Assembly: GCA_002269645.1 (NCBI GenBank)
Contig: NIVC01002789.1
Span: forward strand, 76,297-140,296
Source of the DNA: Macrostomum lignano
Taxonomy: Eukaryota
Reading direction: 5' to 3'
DNA: 64,000 nucleotides
Translations under genes and position numbers: made by a program
The notes under the pieces: generated by a model
The model's database searches: none
What the model was told of the DNA's origin: nothing
What the model saw: only the letters and a program-made list of their open reading frames with translations
In this document: positions 27,228 through 38,400 of the stretch, piece by piece
Layout: each line of letters starts with the position of its first letter
How positions within the stretch are numbered: the stretch's first letter is position 1

Positions 27228-29029
27228 TCAGGCCGCAGCAGACCGCAGCCAGCCCGAGACGCAGTGCAGCAGGATGCCGGCCGCCACTCCCACATTTAGA
27301 TGCGGCATGGCGCAGGCGGCGCCAGCTTGTGGAATTCGCAGCACCAGGTTGCAGAGGCTCAGAAGCTCAGCTGACAGGCCGGAGCCCTCGCTGCCAAGCA
27401 GCAGAAGCACCGGACCGCTGGGCGGATGCGGCAGCAGCTCCGACAGCCGATCGACGCCGGCGCAAGGCACTCCAGGGGCGCCGTCATCGCCTCCCGAGCT
27501 GCCTAGCGCCAGCCAGCCAGCCTGGCGCCATTGGCGCACAAACTCAGCGCTGCTGGTGGGCAGGGCGCGCAAGTCCGTGGCCTCCAGAGCGCCGCAGCTC
27601 ACCTTGGAGACCACTGGCAGAGGGGGGCAGCTGTGGGTGCCCGGTATGAGCACCGGGCTGATACCGTAGAACAGGCAGGTGCGGAGCAGACTGCCGAAGT
27701 TAAGGATGTCCACCACCTGCGGGTGCGTGCTGATTCATGTGATCTTGCCCATTCTTCAATGCATCTCTTGCCGATTCTCTCCTATGCATCTCTTGCCGAT
27801 TCTCTCCAATGCATCTCTTGCCCATTCTCTCCAATGCATCTCTTGCCGATTCTCTCCAATGCATCTCTTGCCCATTCTCTCCAATGCATCTCTTGCCGAT
27901 TCTCTCCAATGCATCTCTTGCCGATTCTCTCCAATGCATCTCTTGCCGATTCTCTCCAATGCATCTCTTGCCGATTCTCTCCAATGCATCTCTTGCCGAT
28001 TCTCTCCAATGCATCTCTTGCCGATTCTCTCCAATGCATCTCTTGCCCATTCTCTCCAATGCATCTCTTGCCGATTCTCTCCAATGCATCTCTTGCCGAT
28101 TCTCTCCAATGCATCTCTTGCCGATTCTCTCCAATGCATCTCTTGCCGATTCTCTCCAATGCATCTCTTGCCGATTCTCTCCAATGCATCTCTTGCCGAT
28201 TCTCTCCAATGCATCTCTTGCCGATTCTCTCCAATGCATCTCTTGCCGATTCTCTCCAATGCATCTCTTGCCGATTCTCTCCAATGCATCTCTTGCCGAT
28301 TCTCTCCAATGCATCTCTTGCCGATTCTCCCCTGCATCTCTTGCCGATTCTCTCCAATGCATCTCTTGCCGATTCTCCCCTGCATCTCTCACCCATTATA
28401 CCCTGCATCTCTCACCCATTATACCCTGCATCTCTTGCCCATTCTACCCTGCATCTCTTCCCCATTATACCCTGCATCTCTCCCCCATTATACCCTGCAT
28501 CTCTTCCCCATTCTCCCCTTCATCTCTTCCCCATTCTCCCCTTCATCTCTTCCCCATTCTCCCCTGCATCTCTTCCCCATTCTCCCCTGCATCTCTCCCC
28601 CACCTGGTCCAGCAGCACACACAGCCGACTCGCCGCCAGCTCAGAGCGGCAGTCGGAGGCACAGCCGGGCAGCACAGGCACAGGGAAGTGTCCGCACCGC
28701 AGCGCGAATCCCTGATGCGCCCGACCCCGGCACAGAGCGGCCAGTTCGCGCCTGTCAGCGTACCTGACCAGGTGAGCATAGCTGGCAGCGATGAGCTGGC
28801 GCAGCTCGGCCGAGCTGGAGCTGTCGCAGCCGAAGTCTTCAATGACGTCGCTTTGCCCTTGGTGCCGAATGTCAACGTAGATTTCGTCAATTCGACGACG
28901 GCGAGACAACAGCGCCTGCCAGACCGGGTGAATGCCGTACACCAGCTCGGAGCCGCCGCCGCCGCTGTTGCTGAACAACCTGTGGCACAGCAGCAGCGAC
29001 AGTCGGGCAGCTGACGGTCGCAGTAGGAG
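27228..29029 (-). CDS. MRM1: Mitochondrial rRNA 2'-O-methyltransferase 1 (SpoU/TrmH family); exons 29029-28604 and 27716-27228; start Met probably supplied by a spliced leader
   Basis: Motifs ELVYGIHPV, GRAHQGFAL, VLLDQ|VVDILNFGSLLRT, LLLLGSEGSGL and LNVGVAAGILL; phase-0 intron CAG|GTGGGG...CCGCAG|GTG; the N-terminus resembles a mitochondrial presequence. Confidence 0.88.
27745..28600. repeat. 23-to-25-bp minisatellite (TGCATCTCTTGCCGATTCTCTCCAA) filling the MRM1 intron
   Basis: Period 25 in the homogeneous lower-coordinate part, 23 near the donor. Confidence 0.95.
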
Positions 29030-29097
29030 CTGGAGAAAAAGGGCTGTCTGAAGAAGCCGGTCGGTGAAATATTGGAGATTCGAAAGTTGGAATGTGA

Positions 29098-29570
29098 CGG
29101 TGGCCCAGCAACTGGGGATCTGAGAGGCTGGCATAGCAACTGGGGATCTGGGAGACTGGCCCAGCAACTGAGGATCTGGGATGCTGGCCTAGCAACTGGG
29201 GATCTGGAAGGCTGGCCTAGCAACTGGGGATCTGGGAGACTGGCCCAGCAACTGGGGATCTGGAAGGCTGGCCCAGCAACTGGGGATCTGGAAGGCTGGC
29301 CCAGCAATTGGGGATCTGGAAGGCTGGCCCAGCCAGCAACTGGGGATCTGGAAGGCTGGCCCAGCCAGCAACTGGGGATCTGGAAGGCTGGCCCAGCAAC
29401 TGGGGATCTGGAAGGCTGGCCCAGCAACTGGGGATCTGGAAGGCTGGCCCAGCAACTGGGGATCTGGAAGGCTGGCCCAGCAACTGACGGTCTGGGAGGG
29501 CGATGGCCCAGCAACTGAGGATTTGGGAGGCTGGTGGCCCAGCAACTGAGGATCTGGGAGGCTGGCACAG
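29098..29570. repeat. 28-bp minisatellite (GGCCCAGCAACTGGGGATCTGGAAGGCT)n in the RPL31-MRM1 spacer
   Basis: About 16 units read directly. Confidence 0.93.
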
Positions 29571-29779
29571 CAACTACCTTTCTAGAACTAATCACAAGCC
29601 ACAAGCACAGGTAGAGATGCTCTCTAAATAATATGAAAGTAAAGAACAAGCGCAGAGACAGTGCAATCCAGCTAAGAACACGCTCAACAGCGTCAGCCCC
29701 TGTATTTCATGCTCAATCAAGAACCTGCCCTCGCAATCTATCAGCAAGTCAGTCCCATCTAGTCAAGTTTAACCTCGCA

Positions 29780-30142
29780 CTACTCGGCCTCAACATTGAT
29801 GGTCTGCTTGCCCTTGAACTCGGCGCAGGGCACGTAGGAGACCAGGGTGTACAGCTTGTGCGCGCTGTCCTCGTCCTCGTTGCGCTTCCTGGCCAAGCGG
29901 ACGCGGACGCGGAACGGCACATTGCGGACGCCTTGGCTCCACACGAACTTGTTCAGCCGGGTGTCCAGCCGCACGTCCGGGGTGCCCATCATTCTCTCCG
30001 CGAATTTGCGAATCTCCGTCATTGCACGCGGTGCCCGGCGCTTGAAACCGATGCCGTGAATGCGCTTGTGCAGGTTGATGGTGTACTCCCGGGTCACCAC
30101 GTCTTTTAGGGCGCTCTTTTTCTTCTCACGTCGGGGAGCCAT
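29780..30142 (-). CDS. RPL31: 60S ribosomal protein L31 (eL31), 120 aa
   Basis: [26 protein letters not shown]...[28 protein letters not shown] is the eL31 signature; an acceptor-like CCGCCAG lies 3 nt upstream of the ATG. Confidence 0.97.
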   Translation of the reverse strand: MAPRREKKKSALKDVVTREYTINLHKRIHGIGFKRRAPRAMTEIRKFAERMMGTPDVRLDTRLNKFVWSQGVRNVPFRVRVRLARKRNEDEDSAHKLYTLVSYVPCAEFKGKQTINVEAE

Positions 30143-30340
30143 GGACTGGCGGGCATGCAATTGGGGGATTTTTGTTCTGTAGACTTGACAATAAATAATT
30201 TTTGTTTTGTAGACTTGACAATAAATAATTTTTGTCTGTTTCACATTGCTGCCACTTCAGTTAGGATCTCTAGGCTGAATTCAGACCTTGCAGGATTCAA
30301 ATTATAATTTTCCAAGTGTTACTGTTAGTAGAATATATAT

Positions 30341-30352
30341 GACGAAGAAGAG
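30341..30352 (-). promoter_or_regulatory. Possible 5'-TOP transcription start of RPL31 (CTCTTCTTCGTC)
   Basis: Pyrimidine tract starting with C about 200 nt upstream of the RPL31 ATG; position only, no other support. Confidence 0.25.
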
Positions 30353-30377
30353 CGCTGCAAATGTTTTTGGGCTGTGT

Positions 30378-30379
30378 TC

Positions 30380-30448
<69 letters not shown>
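30378..30448. repeat. (GACA)n microsatellite at the GC-rich/AT-rich transition
   Basis: Direct reading. Confidence 0.95.
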
Positions 30449-33400
30449 TTGTGAATGATAAGAATGTCCCTATAAACTGTAATTTTAGTCATTACTCTTT
30501 GCACATCTGTTCTATTGAATGGTAAAACATAAAAATTACTAGAATGAGCTAAATTTATGCCATATCCAAACAAAGCCATCTTTGATCCACTGCTATTACT
30601 TGTAACAAACTTGCTAAGCTCAGCCTAGGTAAATATGAGGAATTGCAATTTGCAAGGCATTGTGTTGGCACCTCTGTTTATGCCTCTAAGGGTATACTAG
30701 GGATGTCAAAAGCCAGTCATTAGAATGCCTAGTTAAAATAAGGGCATCAGGCATCACATAGGAATGCTTTATGAAATGAGTTCTGCTGATAAGAGAGAAG
30801 GGAACTATATAAAATGATAGGTATTTATCAAAGCTAAAGTTCTATGACAGGAAAGTACAATCTATAAAGAGATATTGCTAAATGTAATTATCGAGAGTCA
30901 CTATATAAAGAGTACTATTGTAAAATGAATTAAAGATTGTTATATGAAACTAAAAAGAAGAGTACTATGAAATACAAGGGAACAAAGCAAAAAAAAGATA
31001 TTTTTGACATTGTTATTGTTAATTTACTGCTTAAATTATTTTATAATAACTCATTTGCTAAAATTCCATTTAAAAAACCTAAAAAAGCCTTAAAGCATTA
31101 CTTTTAAAATCTCCTTGTTATATTATAACCATGGTATAATATTAGACAGTTCTAAAAATGTGACAAATGGTTATTTGCAAATTGCCATATCATTCCAAAA
31201 ATATGTTTTTTTATTTTTGCCAGTGTTGAATAAATTGATTCTAAAATATATTATGAAGCATTATCCAAACCTTACTACTCATATGTATAAGTCCTATATA
31301 ATAGTTTATTAAACTATGCATTTTGCATTGCCAATATTATTAAACTTAAAAAAATTTTGAACTAATGTTTAGTTCAACTTTTAATATAAATTATACTAGG
31401 AATTCAAAATACAAGATAATATAGGCCAACTCATGAGTAATAGTTAATACTACTGCATTTTGCCCTTATAGGTGTAATGAAATTCATAATTCTAACATTA
31501 AAAGCATGAAAATTGTTTTTTTCATATTTGACATACTTCCAAATTGATTTTTTATTGTTTAATATTTACTTAGCAATATTGAAAATTTGCCACTCTATGC
31601 ACCATGTGAGCAATTTCTCTTGGACTATTCTGAAAAAAAAAGATACAAGAAAACTGATTGATAGCTTTAATCCATCCAACAAAACCCTTGCACACTACTC
31701 CCTTTACTTTATTCTTCAATTCAAATCTGCCACAGCATATCAAGTTGCATCACTTGCAAAGATTGAAGAAATTTTTGTCTACATTTTCAAAAGTGACAAT
31801 CACAGACAGAATCTTTTGTGATGGCAACTTTTTGATGTTGCTAAGTATATAAGCACACTACAACACTCAGCCGCCAATAGTAGGCATTCAAGTAAAAAAT
31901 TCAAGCATCAAAAGCATTAAAAACTTTGTTTTTTCAAATGTTTGACCTCCTAACATTTGGTAGAAATTTTATATACCAATTTGCCAAATGAATTTGAATC
32001 AATTGGGCCTATTAGCTATTGCCCACCATCTGCAACTGTGCTTCCCAGTGTTGTTACTGTTGTATTTATAAAATAAGACAAACAAGATCAGAGCAGCTTA
32101 GGGGGGTTGATAAATTTTAGGCCAGCTTTTTAACCCCCCCCCCCATGTATGTGTCTACTCTTTTATTAAAGATAATAAAATTCAACCAACCTCACAAATT
32201 GTGAGCATACTATGTGAAGGGTCATAAAACTCCTTAGCTTATTGTAATGAATATACATCCTACACTACATTGGCAAAGGAAAGGCCTAAATGGTATAAAC
32301 TGAGCAATTAAATTTAGAAACAGAGCACCTATTGAAAGCACTAAAAATGTTTTTTGAATATTTGACCCACTTCCTATTCAAATTTTTCATCAAAAAGTTA
32401 TGTATGATTCCTGAAAAATTAGGCATTTGTAAAGCAAATTTGAAAATCTACTGAAAAAACTGAGTTCTACTCTGGAGCTGTGGGCAACATGGCTATAGCT
32501 AGAAGCAGTAATGTGGCTACATGGCTGCAAGGCAAGGTGGTGATATGGGTGCCATGGTAGGTAAAGGTGGTGATGTAGGTACCATGGCAAAGGTGGCAAT
32601 GTGGGTGCCAATGTGGGTAGCGCAGTCAGTATGGTACAAGCTGAACACCTCCACTGGAATACATCAAGTGAAGCAAGTCTGTGGTATTCCACTTGGGGAA
32701 TGCCATTACTGCAACATCTGTGTTGCCAATGAAGGCAATGATCACATTCTAATGCTTGCTATTGTCCTATCACAATTTTTGTACAAACAAGATAGTTATC
32801 TACCATGTAGTTCTTGATTAGTATAGTAGGAAACAAATTACTATTTTAAAGAATTCTATATGCAATATGTATATATATATATATATATATATACCAAATC
32901 TTCCTCTACTATGGTATCCTTTCCATGGTACATATATGAGAAGATTCTAGTGCAAAGAAGCATAATGTATATTTCATTGCATAGATTTCTCATTAGGCCA
33001 AATTCCTTTAATAAGCCTATGAGTGAGTCTAAGCCAAAACAGCATGGTTAATTTTGTACATTTTTAGCGCTATGGCATGGCATCCCACCCCACAGAGCCA
33101 ACACATGTTGCCAAGCAGGCTATAAAAAAGCTTCATTTGATAGTCTTACAATATACTCTATCAATTAGCATTTTTCCCAAAATATGGCAATTATGTCATA
33201 CAAAATCCCTTTACAATTTACTTAAAGGCACATTAGGTTTTATTAAGATTATTGCAGCAATAATCTTAGAATGTAGAGATAATCTTAGAATCTCATTAGT
33301 AGATGAACTCAGTATTCCAAGAAGCAAAGATTAATTTCTCTGCCAGAGAAAATCTTGTGCCAATAAGCATTTCATGGTCTTGTTTTGTTAAAAATGCTTT

Positions 33401-33529
33401 GTTAAGTTCCACAGGCTTTGCCAAAGTAGTCATTTCATTTGTCAAAATGGATTCTCCAAAATTGTCTTTTGCCAAAGTGGCCTTTGTCCAAGTGGTCTTT
33501 TACCAAAATGGTCAATACCTAGCTAAATC

Positions 33530-33925
33530 TAGAGGTCAGATGGGATCCCAATCCTGATCCCAAAATCTCGGGATCCCAAAGAAAATTGAATTCCCATGGG
33601 ACCAGAATCCCGACCCTAAAAACTTGAGATTTAGGAATAGGTCTTTTGATAAAAAAATTATAGAATTAGTGATTACTTGAAGGTATTTTGCTTTAACTAG
33701 TACTCGTTACACTATTTACTTTGTTGGTTACAAAACTTCATATCAATTTTGTTGTGTTTTACTTCTTGATCTTGACAATCTTTTCTCAATTTTGTTTAAC
33801 GGTCTTTATATGGACAATGCACTAAAAGACCTGATCCCAATTCTTGAATCCCGATCCTGATCCTGAGAAAAAAATCATTCCTGATCCCAATCCCGCCCAA
33901 AGATTTTAATCCTGTCTGACCTCTA
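33530..33925. mobile_element. hAT-type MITE, 396 bp
   Basis: TIR TAGAGGTCAGA (11 bp perfect, 15/17 extended); 8-bp TSD GCTAAATC at 33522-33529 and 33926-33933; GATCCCAAT-type subterminal repeats. Confidence 0.88.
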
Positions 33926-34170
33926 GCTAAATCAATGACAAAAAGACTGATAGACAAATAGACAAATAGCACAAAATATATAGACAAACTCTATAAGTAG
34001 GCCTATTACTTTTATAAATTTTGATAAAAAAATTATAGGCCTATTAGTATTACATAGGGGGCTATATTGGCCTACAGCTATATGTAATACAATTAAATTT
34101 TGTGCTAGGCCTAATTTTTCATTTTAGGTCTAATTAGGTTGACAGAATAGAAGCAATCATTCATTTACTA

Positions 34171-34535
34171 TTTTTTTTTTATTAGAGGCAGGGGGGTTGT
34201 GTGCACCCTGGCGCAATTTAAGCATCATTGGCACACAACCGGCGAGAGGCATTGCTGCCCATTCCGCCGACTCCCCTGAGCAGGCATACAAGCGCGCGGA
34301 TACGTACGCAGGCACACACTCACACAGGAGTGTACAGCGGCCCTATCTTTATATTATCGTTAGGCATGTACACTTCACTGCGCCTTGGGGGGGGGTTGGC
34401 TCTCAAGGCCGTTAATTGCACAAGCGAGCCAAGCCGAGATTCCAATCCAGCCCCAAATTAATGTGGCTGCACTTGGAATCGAGCCTGGGTCGCGGCACAC
34501 CAGAGCAGCTGCGCTACCGCTGGGCTACGGCCCCC
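34171..34535 (-). mobile_element. tRNA-derived SINE, copy 2
   Basis: A box (TAGCCCAGCGG) and B box (GGCTCGATTCC) on the minus strand, poly(A) tail, 14-bp TSD TCATTCATTTACTA at 34157-34170 and 34536-34549. Confidence 0.92.
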
Positions 34536-34869
34536 TCATTCATTTACTAAGGAACCCACAAAATTATCAGTATGATTTTTGTTTTTTGAAGAATATCAAA
34601 ATCAAATCTAGCTAGACCCAAGTGGGGAAATTGATGCTAATTTTTAGAAAAATTAATTAGAAAACACATCACTACTTTTGGCATTGCTGGGTACTGATTA
34701 ATAATTACTTGCAAGCTGTGAAGGTTTAGCCATAGGTATAGATAAGGTATAGATAAAAAAGAGCCAAAAAATGAAGCAGTAAAACAAGCAGTATAAACGA
34801 ATGAAAATGGACTTATGCCATAAGACAATGTGTAAAACCAACAGCAGTTACAGATGCTGATGCAGAACC

Positions 34870-35455
34870 AACTTCATGTGGTTCAAGAATGGCTGGCACA
34901 TTCTTGAGCAGAAGTAGGCCTAGGCCTATCGCCAATACTAAGTCTGCTTACAACAAAAGAGGCAATTTCATCTCAATCTCTGGTCTAGGAGACAAGTTCA
35001 AGAGCAGATCCATCGTGCAAGATGAGTCCAATAGGCGAGCAGTTCGCCAGCTTCCCCGAGCTGCTGCGGCTGCTGAGGGGCTGATCAAGGCGACACCTAA
35101 GGACATGTGGTCAGCGTGGATTAAAGAGTTGCAACATTGCAAGCCGATACCATAGGGCCTAACCATTGACAAGTTCATTCGACAGAATGGCGATAACTTT
35201 GAAGATTTTCACGATTGGTGATCTGTTTCTCAAAGTTAAAGTTTTGTTGAGTTAAAGATTGTATTTCTAATTTATACGATTATAGGTTCCTCAGTAAACG
35301 ATTGATTGCTTTTGCTATGTCAACCCGATTTAGCTCAAACTTAAGCATTGAATTCATTACATATAGATCATTTTTCTGTAGGCTAATGGTTTATCAAAAC
35401 CAATCGAACAGATGCAGAGATATGAGGGGTGTCTATGAATTTTTTGGACGCACTA
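34870..35455 (+). pseudogene. Degenerate Tc1/mariner transposase C-terminus and probable right end
   Basis: Fragments WFKNGWHILE, GEQFASFPEL, PKDMWSAWIKEL and KFIRQNGDNFE parallel the mariner C-terminal consensus (GWEIL, F.S.EEL, KCI..NGDYFE); ends ...GGACGCAC-TA. No left TIR found. Confidence 0.45.
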
Positions 35456-38400
35456 AGGTATATTATTAGTGGAAGGCCAGAAGGGCCTTCTTTTTTACAG
35501 GTTTTTTATCATTTTTACCAGAAAATCCAACTTTCTATTGTAGCAAATCTCATCATTGAATTTCAATGGATGCATTTTGGTTTAGTTGGGGGTTAGGATT
35601 GTTAGTGTATATTATCGATGATGTATTTTGTTGTAACTTCCGAAAGTGCGCCCCAATTTAAAAAGCGCTCTCGCATCAGGCCATGTTGGTACCTTTGGTG
35701 GAGTAGTGACGCGGCACCTCGAAATATAAAATCAGAATCGAGTTTGAATTACGTCTCGACAAAGTGCAGGGTCGTTCTCAAATTCTGGGAGGAGGGAAAA
35801 TTTTAACAATTTTCGGAACATTTACTATTGTTACTGCCGTATTGAAAATAATAGGACACTTTCATCTGTGAATAAAGATAATTTTTGGGTTGAAATTTAT
35901 GTTGCAAAAGTGTTTTAAGTTGTCTTGCGGTATTAGGCGATATTAGGTGATGAAAAAATTCAAATTCAATCACTTCACCGATGTCCTAATTTTTGACACT
36001 ATGATGTCTGTAGCTAAAAAAAGTTGTTGTTGAGTTGAAAACTTGCTATATTACATTTAAAATGAAAGCTTATATAAATTTAATTTAAGATTTTTTTAAA
36101 GCTTAATAAACTGCACTATAAATGATTTTATAGACGCTTAACTGTACGCCTAGCATTTCCGGTGGGATAGCCTCTTTGCGTCTCACAAAATGTATTTTTC
36201 AGCCGACGTCTAGAATGTGCGCTTAAAATGATACATTTTGATGCAGATAATTAGAAAAACATGTCTTATTATCTTTTTGTAAAAAATTGTTATGAAATAG
36301 AGCACTATTGTTGATAAAAATAATTAAAAGCAACCATGCATCGCAATAAACTCCTACTTTGAAGCACAAAATACATATCCTGTAACCACACTAGCATTCT
36401 CCATGGAGCACCTTTTGAGCTGAAATTTTACACAGATATCCAGTAAAGTAAACTGAGCAAATGATTTTTTTTGTTTTTGAAAATACTTCAATTTGGCTAT
36501 GTATCAGTTAGTTCATTGGACATATTTATTATATTTTTATTAGAATCCTTGTAACCAAGCTACAGAGAAACATGTGCAAAACTGGACCTTGAAATTTGAC
36601 CTGAATGATCAGCAAATGTGTATCTCGAAATGATTTTTTTTGTTTTCATCAAGTCATTCTATGCTAATTTTTTCTGAAGGGAAAGATACCATGTATTTAG
36701 AGTCAATAGGGGAAGCATTTAGACTTATTCAATAGTCATTAAAATTGCAACTATATTATTATAATATAGTAATAATATTATACATGTATTATATAGTAAT
36801 ATTAACTTCTAAGATGCCCTTATAAATTTAGGTAAAGACAACAGGCCTTAATTAATTAATCAGCATTTTGAAGAAACTGACCTTATACAGATGGGCCCCA
36901 AGCTAAGAAATGAATGTAGAGCTTATTTCGTGTAAAGTATAAAAATCAATTTATTATAATAATAAATACTCCTAATAAATTGGTTAAATTAGTTATTTAC
37001 CTTGAATTAATTTAATTTAATAAAGAAATATATAAATTTGTTTCACTTCTTACTGCATTTAAATAGAGTACCTCTCTACTATACTATAGAAGTATAGTAA
37101 AAGTATATGGTAAAAAAGTATAGTAAAAAATTTTCTTTGGTTTAATCCCAGCTTGCCTCAGTTTTTTTGTCTTAATACGAGCTAGATAGTAAGTGTTGAT
37201 TAATTTGCTCCATCACCTTTTGCCACGGAAACAGCACATGTCGGACATGCAACACTCTTCCTGATCCCTGGATTCAAGATGACTGCTTCTGCTTCTTCAA
37301 TGCTTGAAAACTGAGCTCATGGAGCTTTAGGTTATGCTGTCAGAGTGCTGCTGCCGGTGCTGTGTGTGTATGTGTGTGTCTTCTGCGGGTAGGTTCCCTG
37401 TCCCTCAGTTTAGCCACTGTTGTGGGCTAACTGGAGGAATTGCCGTTGTCGGTGCTGCAGGTGGCACTACATGGTAGTATTGACGCTGTCAGTGACGCTG
37501 GCAAAGGCTTGGACGAAGCTAGGTGCCGTCATTGTCAGGAGGACATGCGTGTGCTGCTTAGACCAGTGCGCACATTCGACTGGACTCGTATCTGGTGCAG
37601 TCTGGTGTATTCACTGAGATTGTGTGGATCTGCCTCCTCGCATCACCTCAACCAGGCTCAATTTCTTTTGTAGAATTTTCGTGCGCTGCTTAACTGCATC
37701 TTGTGCCTGCTGAGTGATGCCAAGAATTGTGCCACACAATAATTTGGCCCATAAACTACTCGTATATTATACATATGTATGCACAGCACACACACACGCA
37801 GTTCATTCACATTTAACGTACTAGTTAATGGAATTCTCATCTCATGAGCTCTAGTCTATGGACAAACCTGAAATTACTAGAATATCTAGACAGATCTAAA
37901 CTTCTTTGAGCAGCGCGCTGCGCTGCGAGCAAATACATGTAGATTCCTTAGCGCAACTAATTAATAGTGTAGTACAGTCTACAGCCTGAAGTAGCCTGTG
38001 TAAGATGCGGAGGGATGATTTTTGCATAGGAAGCCACTACGGTAAGGTTGATGGAACTATGGGGAGGTGAGAGATTCAAAGCGAGGGATGGAAGCCATGC
38101 ATAGTTCGATCATAAGTTTGATTATTGCATGAGTCTGGGGATGCATTAACGAGAGGCAGACGAGAGCATAGAAATAAAGCGGGCTAAATATATTAATACA
38201 CAAAATTACATGTACTAGCTAGTAATTTCAGAATGGTCAGCGACTCCTCCGATTTGTATCCGCGACCGCGTGCCCACAAATCCCCGGCAGACCCTGTCGC
38301 AGTTGGTGGTTGTGCACAGAATACAATGTAATAATTCAATTTTGTCTATTTTCCAAAAAGTTTCAAAAAATGAATTAATTAAAATAAATTTGAATTATTT

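Noticed and set aside
32521-32817. 98-aa ORF with Gly-rich and Cys/His motifs
   Set aside because: No recognisable domain or splice context; probably decayed sequence.
34480-34535. tRNA gene (also 20500-20566)
   Set aside because: A/B boxes are present, but the sequence continues into a shared 300-bp body with poly(A) tail and TSD, so these are SINE heads.
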